Shown: positions 55,577 to 64,000 of the stretch, piece by piece | How positions within the stretch are numbered: position 1 is the stretch's first letter | Layout of the letters: every line of letters starts with the position of its first letter | DNA from: a virus | IMG/VR virus record: IMGVR_UViG_3300002092_001237 | Coordinates: 32,001-96,000 of that record | DNA length: 64,000 nucleotides | Strand: one strand, 5' to 3' | Translations under genes and position numbers: made by a program | The notes under the pieces: generated by a model | Told to the model about the DNA's origin: nothing | The model's input: the letters and a program-made list of their open reading frames with translations, nothing else | Database searches by the model: none

Positions 55577-56929
55577 TTAGGAGAGTATCCAAGTCATCGA
55601 ACCGCCCCATTTATCGGCGCCGTCTTTAGGTGCTAGTATTATTTTTCCACCCATCTTATTTGGCCACTTAACATCAGTTACGAATTTACCACCTGCTGTT
55701 TTAGTGCTGATCACTATGAAATTCTGTCCTAGTATTTCTAACATAGTTTCTGAGAATCCAGGTATTACTCCTTCATTAACTGCGTCGTTGACAAATATAT
55801 CTTTTATACAATTTCTTATCTTAAAAAAGAGAGGAGCATTTCCTTTGAATGATCTATTCGCGAGATCAAATATACCTTGATACATCTTTGGTATCTCTTC
55901 TAATTTCGTAGGGACCGGAGTAGTTCGTTGATTTTTCCATACACTGGTTATGTATTTAAAGAAGTCATCATCGAAATATCCTTCCGGTAAATGGTCCTCG
56001 ATTTGTGGAAAAGACCCATAGCGTTCCATTAGAAAATTAGCAGCAACAAATGGTTGGTACATCGCGCCTTTTGTTTCTTGTATCGTTTTTATAAATTCAA
56101 TCGCATCGCTTTTCTTATAGATCATATGTTCGGGTATTTTAAGTTTATTAATACTCGACGGAGCACCTTTTCCTCCTTTACCTGCCTTACTGCTTATAAA
56201 AATAGTATGATCGCTATTCTCATTAACTAGAGCATAACTATCAGCGAGAGGGTTATTAGTATCTTTAGGAAATAATAAAACTAAGTTACTAAGATCAGAT
56301 CCAAGATGATCATAAAATTCTTTACTAGCAGGGAAGTTTGCGACTCCGCTTACTAATGATAATACTCCGAGGTATTCGAACGCATCATTTCTTATAACAG
56401 TTAATGTAGATGCGTCTACATTTGGAACAGTTGGAACTTGTTTCGCGACTAATTGTTTTGCTATCTCAATAACAGCAAGTCCGGACTCGCCGTGCGATTT
56501 TAGATATTCGTTATTGATAATTCTTTCGCCTAATTGGCCAGCAGTGAACCCGCCTAACTCTAATGCTATTTCAGGTGTAACAGGTTGACTTTTATCTGGA
56601 TTACCTTGCTTTAATACGTTTGCTGGTTTTATTTGTATATCACTATCGCCTGATTTTCCTTTTTCTCCCCAGGCCTTTTGATCATAATAGATGTCGCTCA
56701 TGCGTATATCTCGATCATCGATAGTTTTTAATATGGGAGTCTTACTAGTCTTGGTTAGAGCGGATAAAACTGAAGCACTTTCAGGGTCAATCTGTACAGG
56801 TCCTAATTTTGATTTAAATGAATGTTGTTGATTAATAAGATCAATAAACTTCTGTAAACGTCCGGGGCGTTTAGTTATTTTGCTAACATTAAGTTCAGTA
56901 TCTTCGGAAATGAATTCTTTAAATCTCAT
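55577..56929 (-). CDS. Hypothetical (probably virion) protein
   Basis: MRFKEFISE start; GATAAATA at 56937-56944. Confidence 0.5.
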   Translation of the reverse strand: MRFKEFISEDTELNVSKITKRPGRLQKFIDLINQQHSFKSKLGPVQIDPESASVLSALTKTSKTPILKTIDDRDIRMSDIYYDQKAWGEKGKSGDSDIQIKPANVLKQGNPDKSQPVTPEIALELGGFTAGQLGERIINNEYLKSHGESGLAVIEIAKQLVAKQVPTVPNVDASTLTVIRNDAFEYLGVLSLVSGVANFPASKEFYDHLGSDLSNLVLLFPKDTNNPLADSYALVNENSDHTIFISSKAGKGGKGAPSSINKLKIPEHMIYKKSDAIEFIKTIQETKGAMYQPFVAANFLMERYGSFPQIEDHLPEGYFDDDFFKYITSVWKNQRTTPVPTKLEEIPKMYQGIFDLANRSFKGNAPLFFKIRNCIKDIFVNDAVNEGVIPGFSETMLEILGQNFIVISTKTAGGKFVTDVKWPNKMGGKIILAPKDGADKWGGSMTWILS

Positions 56930-56939
56930 AGTAGAATAT

Positions 56940-57617
56940 TTATCTTATAGGAGGAAACAGGCATTCCTCTATGAACACCCTCACTGCTTCCTCACCTAGT
57001 CCTAAACTAGTCATAACCTTGGGTGTATGTGGGTTTTGTCGTTGATTTTCGCAGTAAAAATCCTGCGCTTTAGTATTGTCTAAACAGGATCCTCTATCGC
57101 CTACGTTTTTTATGTAATGATCAAAATTATTATAGGCCATATCTACTATCTGATCTAGTTCAGGTCCTACTACTACATTACCGGCAGCGACCATATGTTT
57201 ACTGAATATGTTCTTAGCCCATTGTGGAAGTTCGCGTGTCTTACGCCATTCTAATTTAGCAACTTCATACCCAAACCAATCTATCATAGGATGATTGAGA
57301 TTTCCTGTGCTTGAGAAATCATGGAAGGCGCCGGTTATCTTATTCTTACCGGCTATTATATCAAATCCAAAGATAGGACTGATATCATCAGTATGTGGAA
57401 AGATACAACAGTGCATCATCCACAGTCCTTTGGTATTTCTCGCATCAACTACATCAATATGAGCACGACGGAATTTATCGCTAGCCCATACTAGATTTAT
57501 CCAACCTGGTTGATCAAAACGTTCCATGCCATCTTCATGTACACGATGGCCATAATAGTCGAGGTCATCGACAAACTTTTCTTCAAGATGTATTAGCGTA
57601 TCCCAGATTTCACTCAT
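56940..57617 (-). CDS. pcyX: Ferredoxin-dependent bilin reductase (PcyA/PcyX type)
   Basis: FRRAHID...MMHCCIFP...PIFGFD...AFHDFS...R.LP.WA..IFS...YC.NQ.QNPHT; directly after heme oxygenase. Confidence 0.85.
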   Translation of the reverse strand: MSEIWDTLIHLEEKFVDDLDYYGHRVHEDGMERFDQPGWINLVWASDKFRRAHIDVVDARNTKGLWMMHCCIFPHTDDISPIFGFDIIAGKNKITGAFHDFSSTGNLNHPMIDWFGYEVAKLEWRKTRELPQWAKNIFSKHMVAAGNVVVGPELDQIVDMAYNNFDHYIKNVGDRGSCLDNTKAQDFYCENQRQNPHTPKVMTSLGLGEEAVRVFIEECLFPPIR

Positions 57618-58167
57618 CGTTATATTTCGCTATATCTAGTTCCATTAGTTGTTGGAATATCGCTATAGAGAAATCAAATGCTAGATTCGCTTCTTCTGCT
57701 AGGTCGTCTGTTAGACGTTCTCTTATCTTAGATTTACAATCTTCTACATTGTCAAATTGATAGTAACGCCCACTACCTGGGACCTTTTTAGCGATCATCT
57801 GCCCACCACTAAGATCGCCCATATGACGTACATAGATGTGTGCCATGAGTTTCTGTGGAGCATTCCACGATATACGTAGTATATGATCTAGATATTCATT
57901 AACTACGGGAACAAATACGGTGTTATCTTTTGTATGCTCTAGTTCATCTAGATCTTCCTGTATAAGACTAGTACGTCTAATGCTATCGAGGCCGTCTAGC
58001 AGTCCATGAGTAGCAGCACAGGATTCTAACATTGAATAGCAGGCCATCATGTTCTGTAGATATGCAGAATAAAATTTAGGATTAATTTTACCTGAGAATA
58101 GGACTTTTACAAATTCCTGTCTTTCGGCGGATTTATGTTTTTCCCAAGTTAGCTCTTTGAGAGACAT
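57610..58167 (-). CDS. hemO: Heme oxygenase
   Basis: LKE.T...H..AE and AH.YVRH.GDLSGGQ motifs. Confidence 0.9.
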   Translation of the reverse strand: MSLKELTWEKHKSAERQEFVKVLFSGKINPKFYSAYLQNMMACYSMLESCAATHGLLDGLDSIRRTSLIQEDLDELEHTKDNTVFVPVVNEYLDHILRISWNAPQKLMAHIYVRHMGDLSGGQMIAKKVPGSGRYYQFDNVEDCKSKIRERLTDDLAEEANLAFDFSIAIFQQLMELDIAKYNDE

Positions 58168-58168
58168 A

Positions 58169-58471
58169 TTATTCTTTTTCTATTTTAACTACTAGTGGAA
58201 AGTTATTATTTCTTGCCAACATAGTTGTTTCGATACCTTTTTGTTCTGCTATTTCAAAACTATATACACCAACTACTGCTGAACCATCATTATGTACAGT
58301 TAACATAATATTTTGTGATGTTGAAATATCATGTTTGAACACAGCTTGTAGAACTTCTAAAACGAAATCCATTGGAGTAACATCATCATTTAAGAAGATA
58401 ACTTTATAATGTCCAGGTTCTTCTGTTACGATCTTGATTTCTTCTAAGGTATCGTTGTCTACTTGACTCAT
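58169..58471 (-). CDS. clpS: N-degron adaptor ClpS
   Basis: YKVIFLNDD.TPMDFV...ML.VH..G...G.Y..EIAE.K...FPL. Confidence 0.93.
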   Translation of the reverse strand: MSQVDNDTLEEIKIVTEEPGHYKVIFLNDDVTPMDFVLEVLQAVFKHDISTSQNIMLTVHNDGSAVVGVYSFEIAEQKGIETTMLARNNNFPLVVKIEKE

Positions 58472-58500
58472 TTAATTATTCCTGTTTTGATATTTATCAA

Positions 58501-58525
58501 TATGGGGGGCACCATGCCCCCCATA
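58501..58525. terminator. Strong hairpin after hsp20 (terminator or 3' stabiliser)
   Basis: TATGGGGGGCA-CCA-TGCCCCCCATA inverted repeat; only a weak U tract. Confidence 0.6.
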
Positions 58526-58537
58526 CGAGTTAACTTA

Positions 58538-58966
58538 TTAAGATCGTATTTCAATCTTCTTGGGTTGCAGATGTTCTGGTATATTACGTTTTAAATAGAT
58601 GTCAAGAATACCACAATCGAGGCTTGCATCTTTAACTTCCATATAATCTGCGATGCTAAAGATCCTCTTAAAGTTACGTGTAGCGATTCCTTTATGTATA
58701 TAGATACCAGAATCCTCTACTTCGGGCATTGCTCCTTCGATAGTTAACACGTTACCTGTATGTATTACATCTAGGTCTTCCATCTTGAAACCTGCTACTG
58801 CTAACGAAATAACAAATTCATTATCGCTGATTTTAACAATATTATATGGGGGGTATGTTGCAGTTGTCGCACTGTTCATATATAGTCTATCCATATCGTG
58901 GAACAATTGGTCGAACCCGACTGCGAATTTTTGTAGTGGTACTAAATCTAAAGTTGCTCTTGTCAT
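58538..58966 (-). CDS. Small heat shock protein (IbpA/Hsp20)
   Basis: GFD, YPPYNI, LAVAGF, HKGIA.R.F.R.F and GIL.I motifs. Confidence 0.93.
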   Translation of the reverse strand: MTRATLDLVPLQKFAVGFDQLFHDMDRLYMNSATTATYPPYNIVKISDNEFVISLAVAGFKMEDLDVIHTGNVLTIEGAMPEVEDSGIYIHKGIATRNFKRIFSIADYMEVKDASLDCGILDIYLKRNIPEHLQPKKIEIRS

Positions 58967-58970
58967 TTTA

Positions 58971-59038
58971 CATCTCCTTTGTTAAGCAAGATACTTTTTA
59001 GTCTACATGTGCGATCCTATTATAGCAATCGCACATGT
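58971..59038 (-). promoter_or_regulatory. ROSE-like RNA thermometer upstream of hsp20
   Basis: UCUUGCU-uaacaa-AGGAGA pairs the SD with a bulged G; an upstream hairpin also carries UUGCU. Confidence 0.75.
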
Positions 59039-59070
59039 TATTATTAATATAGTGTATTTCACACTATTTG

Positions 59071-60987
59071 TCAAGCGGCTTTATCTTTCTTCTCGTCTTT
59101 AACCTCTGTGAATGTAGCATCAACTACATTGTCGTCCTTTTTTTCCGCTGTTTCGGCGCCTTCGGGAGGAGCCATATTTTCGCTCATCGCTTTATACAAT
59201 GGAGCAGCAGCTTCAAAGATCTTCGTAGTAGCTGTAGTAATAGCTTCTACATCCTCGCCTTTAGCAGCTTCTTCAATATCCGTAAGTGCTGCTTCGATCG
59301 TTGACTTCTCATCTTCAGTTAGCTTATCACCATGCTTAGTAAGCTCGTCGCGCATACTATTAACCTGACTTTCGGCATTATTACGTGCTTCGATGAGAGC
59401 ACGTTGCTTTTTATCTGACTCTGCATTAGCTTCGGCTTCTCTGATCATCTGTTCGATCTCTGCTTCGCTCAGTCCGCTATTAGCCTGGATAGTAATCTTC
59501 TGTTGTTTGCCAGTTCCTTTATCCTGTGCGCTTACGCTTAGGATACCGTTAGCATCGATGTCGAAAGTAACATCGATCTGTGGAACACCACGAGGTGCTG
59601 GAGGTATACCTTCTAAATTAAACAAGCCTAATACTTTATTGTATTCTGCTAGTTCACGTTCACCTTGTCCAACCTTAATGGTAACTGCTGTTTGATTGTT
59701 ATCAGCAGTACTGAAGATCTGGCTCTTCTTAACAGGAATAGTAGTGTTCTTTTCGATTAATTTCGAGAACACACCGCCCATGGTTTCGATACCCAATGAT
59801 AGTGGTGTAACGTCTAGCAATAATACGTCATTCTTATCACCACTTAGAACTGCACCTTGGATAGCTGCTCCTGCTGCTACTGCTTCGTCAGGATTCACAT
59901 CCTTACGTGGTGCCTTGCCGAATAACTGTTCAACGACTTCCTGTACTTTAGGCATACGTGTCTGCCCACCAACAAGGATAACATCATCTATCTGGCTTGG
60001 ATCAAGACCTGCATCCTTTAGTGCCGTATTACAGGGAACAATACTACGTTGTATTAAATCGTCGACTAATGATTCAAACTTAGCACGAGTCAGCTTTATA
60101 TTAAGATGTTTTGGTCCACTAGCGTCTGCTGTAATATATGGCATATTAACATCAGTTTGTGCAGAGCTTGAAAGTTCAATCTTTGCCTTTTCTGCGCCTT
60201 CTTTTAGACGCTGTAGTGCCATAGTATCCTTACTAAGGTCTACACCGTTTTCTTTCTTAAATTCGCTGATTAAATGATCAACGATACGTTGGTCGAAGTC
60301 TTCGCCTCCGAGGAATGTATCTCCGTTTGTTGAGAGGACTTCAAACTGTTTGTCTTCTCCTCCACTAATTTCGATGATTGAAATATCGAAAGTACCACCT
60401 CCGAGATCGTATACAGCAATCTTTCTATCACGTTTGTCCTCCTTATCTACTCCGAACGCCAAAGCTGCTGCTGTTGGCTCATTAATGATACGCTTTACAT
60501 CAAGTCCTGCGATACGTCCAGCATCCTTAGTTGCTTGGCGTTGGCTATCGTTAAAGTAAGCTGGAACAGTGATAACTGCTTCTGTGACTTCATACCCGAG
60601 GTAATCTTCTGCTGTTTTCTTCATCTTACGAAGTATTTCAGCAGAAACTTGCTGTGGAGCCATTTCATTGCCGTTGGCTTTTACCCACGCATCACCGTTA
60701 GCTGCTTTTACGATATCATACGGGATATTCTTAATATCCTTCTGGATCGCTTCATCATCGAACTTACGTCCGATAAGTCTCTTAACTGCGAACAATGTAT
60801 TTTTTGGATTTGTTACTGATTGACGTTTAGCAGGCGCACCGACTAAAATTTCTTCATCAGTATAAGCAATAATGCTTGGTGTTGTGCGGGCACCTTCCGC
60901 ATTTTCTATAACCTTGGTTTTACCGCCTTCTAATACTGCGACACAACTATTAGTTGTTCCAAGATCGATTCCGATTATCTTACCCAT
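59071..60987 (-). CDS. dnaK: Chaperone DnaK (Hsp70); start at 60987 or 60990
   Basis: [37 protein letters not shown] and DVTPLSLG motifs. Confidence 0.97.
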   Translation of the reverse strand: MGKIIGIDLGTTNSCVAVLEGGKTKVIENAEGARTTPSIIAYTDEEILVGAPAKRQSVTNPKNTLFAVKRLIGRKFDDEAIQKDIKNIPYDIVKAANGDAWVKANGNEMAPQQVSAEILRKMKKTAEDYLGYEVTEAVITVPAYFNDSQRQATKDAGRIAGLDVKRIINEPTAAALAFGVDKEDKRDRKIAVYDLGGGTFDISIIEISGGEDKQFEVLSTNGDTFLGGEDFDQRIVDHLISEFKKENGVDLSKDTMALQRLKEGAEKAKIELSSSAQTDVNMPYITADASGPKHLNIKLTRAKFESLVDDLIQRSIVPCNTALKDAGLDPSQIDDVILVGGQTRMPKVQEVVEQLFGKAPRKDVNPDEAVAAGAAIQGAVLSGDKNDVLLLDVTPLSLGIETMGGVFSKLIEKNTTIPVKKSQIFSTADNNQTAVTIKVGQGERELAEYNKVLGLFNLEGIPPAPRGVPQIDVTFDIDANGILSVSAQDKGTGKQQKITIQANSGLSEAEIEQMIREAEANAESDKKQRALIEARNNAESQVNSMRDELTKHGDKLTEDEKSTIEAALTDIEEAAKGEDVEAITTATTKIFEAAAPLYKAMSENMAPPEGAETAEKKDDNVVDATFTEVKDEKKDKAA

Positions 60988-60992
60988 CATGA

Positions 60993-61046
60993 TTCTCCTT
61001 TTGTTAAGCAAGAAATAAATGCTGTATTCCGAAGCAATACAGCATT
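60993..61046 (-). promoter_or_regulatory. ROSE-like RNA thermometer upstream of dnaK
   Basis: UUCUUGCU-uaacaaa-AGGAGAA, plus an upstream UUCG hairpin with a bulged G. Confidence 0.7.
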
Positions 61047-61089
61047 ATTATTTATATAATAACTATTATTGAAAAGTCAAGAGCCTTTA

Positions 61090-61350
61090 TTAAGATTCTG
61101 TCTTCCATTGTGATTGACGCTTGCGCTCACGAACTTGTGCTGCTGCTAGTTTCTTGCGCTTCTTATCACCTGGATTAGTAAAATGTTCTCTCTTACGTAG
61201 TTCATTAAACCAACCCTCGTCTTGCAGACGTTTTTTTAATTTTCTTAACGCTTTATTGACATCATTATTCTTAACGAAAATTGTTGTGCCTTTAAACATA
61301 CGACCTGTGTCATTGTTGTGTAGCCAATCGCTATTTCGAGTTATACTCAT
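61090..61350 (-). CDS. rpsU: Ribosomal protein bS21
   Basis: V.NNDVNKALRKLKK.L..EG...ELRKREHF..P..K.R.K. Confidence 0.85.
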   Translation of the reverse strand: MSITRNSDWLHNNDTGRMFKGTTIFVKNNDVNKALRKLKKRLQDEGWFNELRKREHFTNPGDKKRKKLAAAQVRERKRQSQWKTES

Positions 61351-61387
61351 ATATATTTTTTCACCTCTTTTTTATATGAATCTTTTT

Positions 61388-61732
61388 TTATCTTCCATTT
61401 GTTAACAAATCTACTAACGCTTGTCTATGCTCTAACGGGATATCATCGAGTTTGATGCTTTTAGTTTTTAATTTATCAACATAACTAGTTAGTAATTGTA
61501 TCTTAGGATCAGTTTGATCGTGGCTGCTAAGATCTAAATCTTTAAAGCCATGTAGTTCATACTCTCTGTAAAGAGCATCCATTGGTTTAAATATCCTACG
61601 ATTGCGTTGAATACGTTGCCATATAGTTTCTTCACCTTGCTCTGAATTTTGAATATAGCCGTCTTCGACTATTTCTTCTCCACTAAGATCTGCTGGTTGC
61701 CAACCTTCATCATGTACTGTTCTTTTTTTTTT
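61388..61732 (-). CDS. Open frame probably reached by -1 frameshift from the upstream gene
   Basis: Overlaps the upstream ORF in the -1 frame across TTTAAAAAAAAAAG; no convincing own RBS/start. Confidence 0.45.
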   Translation of the reverse strand, partial: KKKRTVHDEGWQPADLSGEEIVEDGYIQNSEQGEETIWQRIQRNRRIFKPMDALYREYELHGFKDLDLSSHDQTDPKIQLLTSYVDKLKTKSIKLDDIPLEHRQALVDLLTNGR

Positions 61733-62922
61733 AAATTTGCAACTTGCTCTTCGAGTTCTTGCCAACGAGCTGTGTTTTCTTCTGTCTTAGGTTCTTCTAT
61801 TACTTCGGTGTTGATTGGTGTCGATTCGCTAGCCATAGGTTCGCTGGCAACAACGACCACAATATCATCAACTCGTACTGGTTCGACAGGCTCTTCACTG
61901 ACTGTATTAACAGGTATCGCATCATTGTTTCCTGCATCTGTGAGTACATCTTTTTTCTCCTCAATATCACCCTCAAAGGTGATTTCGCCCTTTTCGACCT
62001 GTTTCATCATTTCCGCATAACGTTCGCGTACGATCCTATCGATCATATCCTGGTCGATTACAGGTTTAAGGTCTTCATGTTTAATCTCTGGTTCTTGATG
62101 CGCTATAACTGTTGCTAATGCTTCAGTTTTAATCGCATCTTTTTCAGCTTTCTTTGCACGCCTCGCTTCAGAAGCTTGTACTAGGCTTATCTGTCCGGCA
62201 ATCAATAATAGAACAGCTAATGGATCAAATACGAAGATGATAATTATAATCATCCAAGTCACTGCTTTTTCTAGCATGTTCTTATCAGCGTTAGAACCAT
62301 ACATAAACTCAGCTATGTATTTGATTGGGCCTACTTCTGTTTCAATCTTACGTATTTGTGTAGTTAATGGTAATTTAATTTCTTGTAATTTGGATATTTC
62401 TTTTTGTGCAGAATCGATATCTTTGGCTAATTTGTCACGTTCTTTTTGTTGGTTCTTACGAGCGTTATTAGCTGCTGCTACACTACGCTCATCCTTACCT
62501 TTTATCATAAACTGTGCTACTACCTCATCAAGATTTTTAGTAGCAGTTTTAGCTTGGTCAATTTCGCTGCGTTTAGCATTAATCTTCTCGTCGATTAACT
62601 CTATCTGTGCTGCAACATCACCAACAGGTGCTCCCTGTTCAACATGGGCACGACTTAAGAATCCAAAAATCCCCATGCTGGTTATGAACATAAGAACTAA
62701 AGTTGCTATCATCAGATAGCTCTTTAGCATAAATGGTGCTGTTTTCCAATTACGGTGTAGCCAACTAGCAGTTACTAGTTTACCAATTTCAAGACTAGCA
62801 CCCATAATAATAATAGGCACTGCTGCACCTGCAAATATAGCTGCTAGCCCTGATACAGAATAGTATACCGCTACACCGCTAATGGCTAGTGCAGTTATTA
62901 GCGTTAATAGCCCGAGAAACAT
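61669..62922 (-). CDS. Membrane protein with TM segments and a coiled coil
   Basis: Three N-terminal hydrophobic segments, coiled coil, EVGPIKY...FDPLAV.LL TM, acidic tail. Confidence 0.65.
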   Translation of the reverse strand: MFLGLLTLITALAISGVAVYYSVSGLAAIFAGAAVPIIIMGASLEIGKLVTASWLHRNWKTAPFMLKSYLMIATLVLMFITSMGIFGFLSRAHVEQGAPVGDVAAQIELIDEKINAKRSEIDQAKTATKNLDEVVAQFMIKGKDERSVAAANNARKNQQKERDKLAKDIDSAQKEISKLQEIKLPLTTQIRKIETEVGPIKYIAEFMYGSNADKNMLEKAVTWMIIIIIFVFDPLAVLLLIAGQISLVQASEARRAKKAEKDAIKTEALATVIAHQEPEIKHEDLKPVIDQDMIDRIVRERYAEMMKQVEKGEITFEGDIEEKKDVLTDAGNNDAIPVNTVSEEPVEPVRVDDIVVVVASEPMASESTPINTEVIEEPKTEENTARWQELEEQVANLKKKEQYMMKVGNQQILVEKK

Positions 62923-62941
62923 TCATTTACCTCATGAATAA

Positions 62942-63541
62942 TTAGCTGTTGATAACTGTTACAGTGTCAATTAAGCTCACTGATACTGAATCATATATGT
63001 TAGCAATAGTATCCGGTGCTGCTATAGTTACTGATTGTTGCATATCGCCTTGTGTTTGGCTTGTAGTTCTATATGAACGTGTCATAGCTGATAGGATAGA
63101 CTGGCTTATTATATATCTAACAGCTTTAGCTACTGAGTCGATAGTAACTGTACTGCCTGTAGTTGGAGAAAATGTCGTACCTGATAGTTTCTGTAATACA
63201 AAGGCATCTCTTTCAAACTTTACAGCAAATGCCACTGCTGAAGAATATACATTAGCATCAGTCGCATCTTCAGTAGTTGGCGTCACATCGAGGATCTGAC
63301 AATCAGCATATCCGCTGAGCGCCATGATGATGTTATTCCAACGTATGTTTCCTCTAGCACGTCTTAGTGAATTATTATTGCTGCTAGGTAGTGTATCGAA
63401 CGCAGAAGCATCATATGGCTCTATTCTACCACCTGCGGTGCTAGTATCTGAAGTTGCTTTGTAATATGTCGACAAATCAATCGAAACACGATAAAAATTT
63501 GGAGTTAATTGGTTAACACTCTGTTGAAATCCTGATGGCAT
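62942..63541 (-). CDS. Probable virion protein
   Basis: S/T-rich; GATAAATA at 63563-63570. Confidence 0.5.
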   Translation of the reverse strand: MPSGFQQSVNQLTPNFYRVSIDLSTYYKATSDTSTAGGRIEPYDASAFDTLPSSNNNSLRRARGNIRWNNIIMALSGYADCQILDVTPTTEDATDANVYSSAVAFAVKFERDAFVLQKLSGTTFSPTTGSTVTIDSVAKAVRYIISQSILSAMTRSYRTTSQTQGDMQQSVTIAAPDTIANIYDSVSVSLIDTVTVINS

Positions 63542-63570
63542 AGTAGTAATCCTTCTTTCTATTATTTATC

Positions 63571-63981
63571 TTAGCCGCGCCGACTCTTGGTACCTACTTG
63601 TGTCATATCTTCCCCTGGGGTGGCGAATTGATAACCACCTTTGTTATAAAGTGGCATACAACGGCTGGCTTTGTCAAGGATTTCACGCTGTACAGCAGGT
63701 GATTCTTTATGTAAATTAGCCATTATACCTTTTTTATAACCGTTGCCAACGCTATTGCTAAGTTGAACACGATTATCGCCGACATTGTAATCTGGAATAG
63801 CATTTTCGTATTTTCCTTTAAACGCTTTTTGCAGTGTACGTTGCTCAGGATGTAATCCACGCTCACGCAACCATGCATTGTGTTTATCAGTTGCTTCTGC
63901 AAGACGCTTTGAATTTGAACTTTTTTTCTTACCACCATAACGTGTAGTAGTAAGAAATGCTTTTTCCAGATGCATACTCAT
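63571..63981 (-). CDS. Conserved hypothetical basic phage protein
   Basis: C-terminal P.YNKGGYQ motif. Confidence 0.55.
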   Translation of the reverse strand: MSMHLEKAFLTTTRYGGKKKSSNSKRLAEATDKHNAWLRERGLHPEQRTLQKAFKGKYENAIPDYNVGDNRVQLSNSVGNGYKKGIMANLHKESPAVQREILDKASRCMPLYNKGGYQFATPGEDMTQVGTKSRRG

Positions 63982-64000
63982 TTCTTAATCTTTCTGATCA

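Noticed and set aside
58967-61080. CIRCE (HrcA) operators before the heat-shock genes
   Set aside because: The inverted repeats do not match TTAGCACTC-N9-GAGTGCTAA; they fit RNA hairpins with the ROSE motif.

Overview
A 64 kb segment of a large (jumbo-type, T4-like or myovirus-like) tailed phage genome. It is AT-rich, uses the standard bacterial code and is transcribed mostly on the minus strand. Several independent signs point to an alphaproteobacterial host: tRNA-His lacks G-1 and has U72/A73, the initiator tRNA is alpha-type, and there is an Omp25-like porin, a hemO-pcyX pair and ROSE-like leaders. Contents: (i) virion and tail genes (LamG, Mtd-N and gp9/10-like proteins, a 2951-aa fibre); (ii) a nearly complete proteostasis kit (ClpA, ClpP, ClpS, DnaK, DnaJ, Hsp20, GroES); (iii) replication and metabolic genes (clamp loader, a stand-alone DnaE piece, PhoH, MazG, IscA, UvsE, QueD, QueC-like, YhhQ, HemO, PcyX); (iv) translation genes (IF-1, bS21) and 22 tRNAs, many non-canonical; (v) a lysis cassette. 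The most striking layer is RNA-based control. A leader-peptide attenuator heads the tRNA array and is predicted to switch it on when ribosomes stall. Five or six unexplained structured RNAs are interleaved with the tRNAs. A preQ1-I-like pseudoknot riboswitch candidate precedes queD, twin ROSE-like thermometers precede dnaK and hsp20, and there is a probable -1 frameshift at an A10 run. All calls come from manual motif and base-pair reading; no database searches or folding programs were run.
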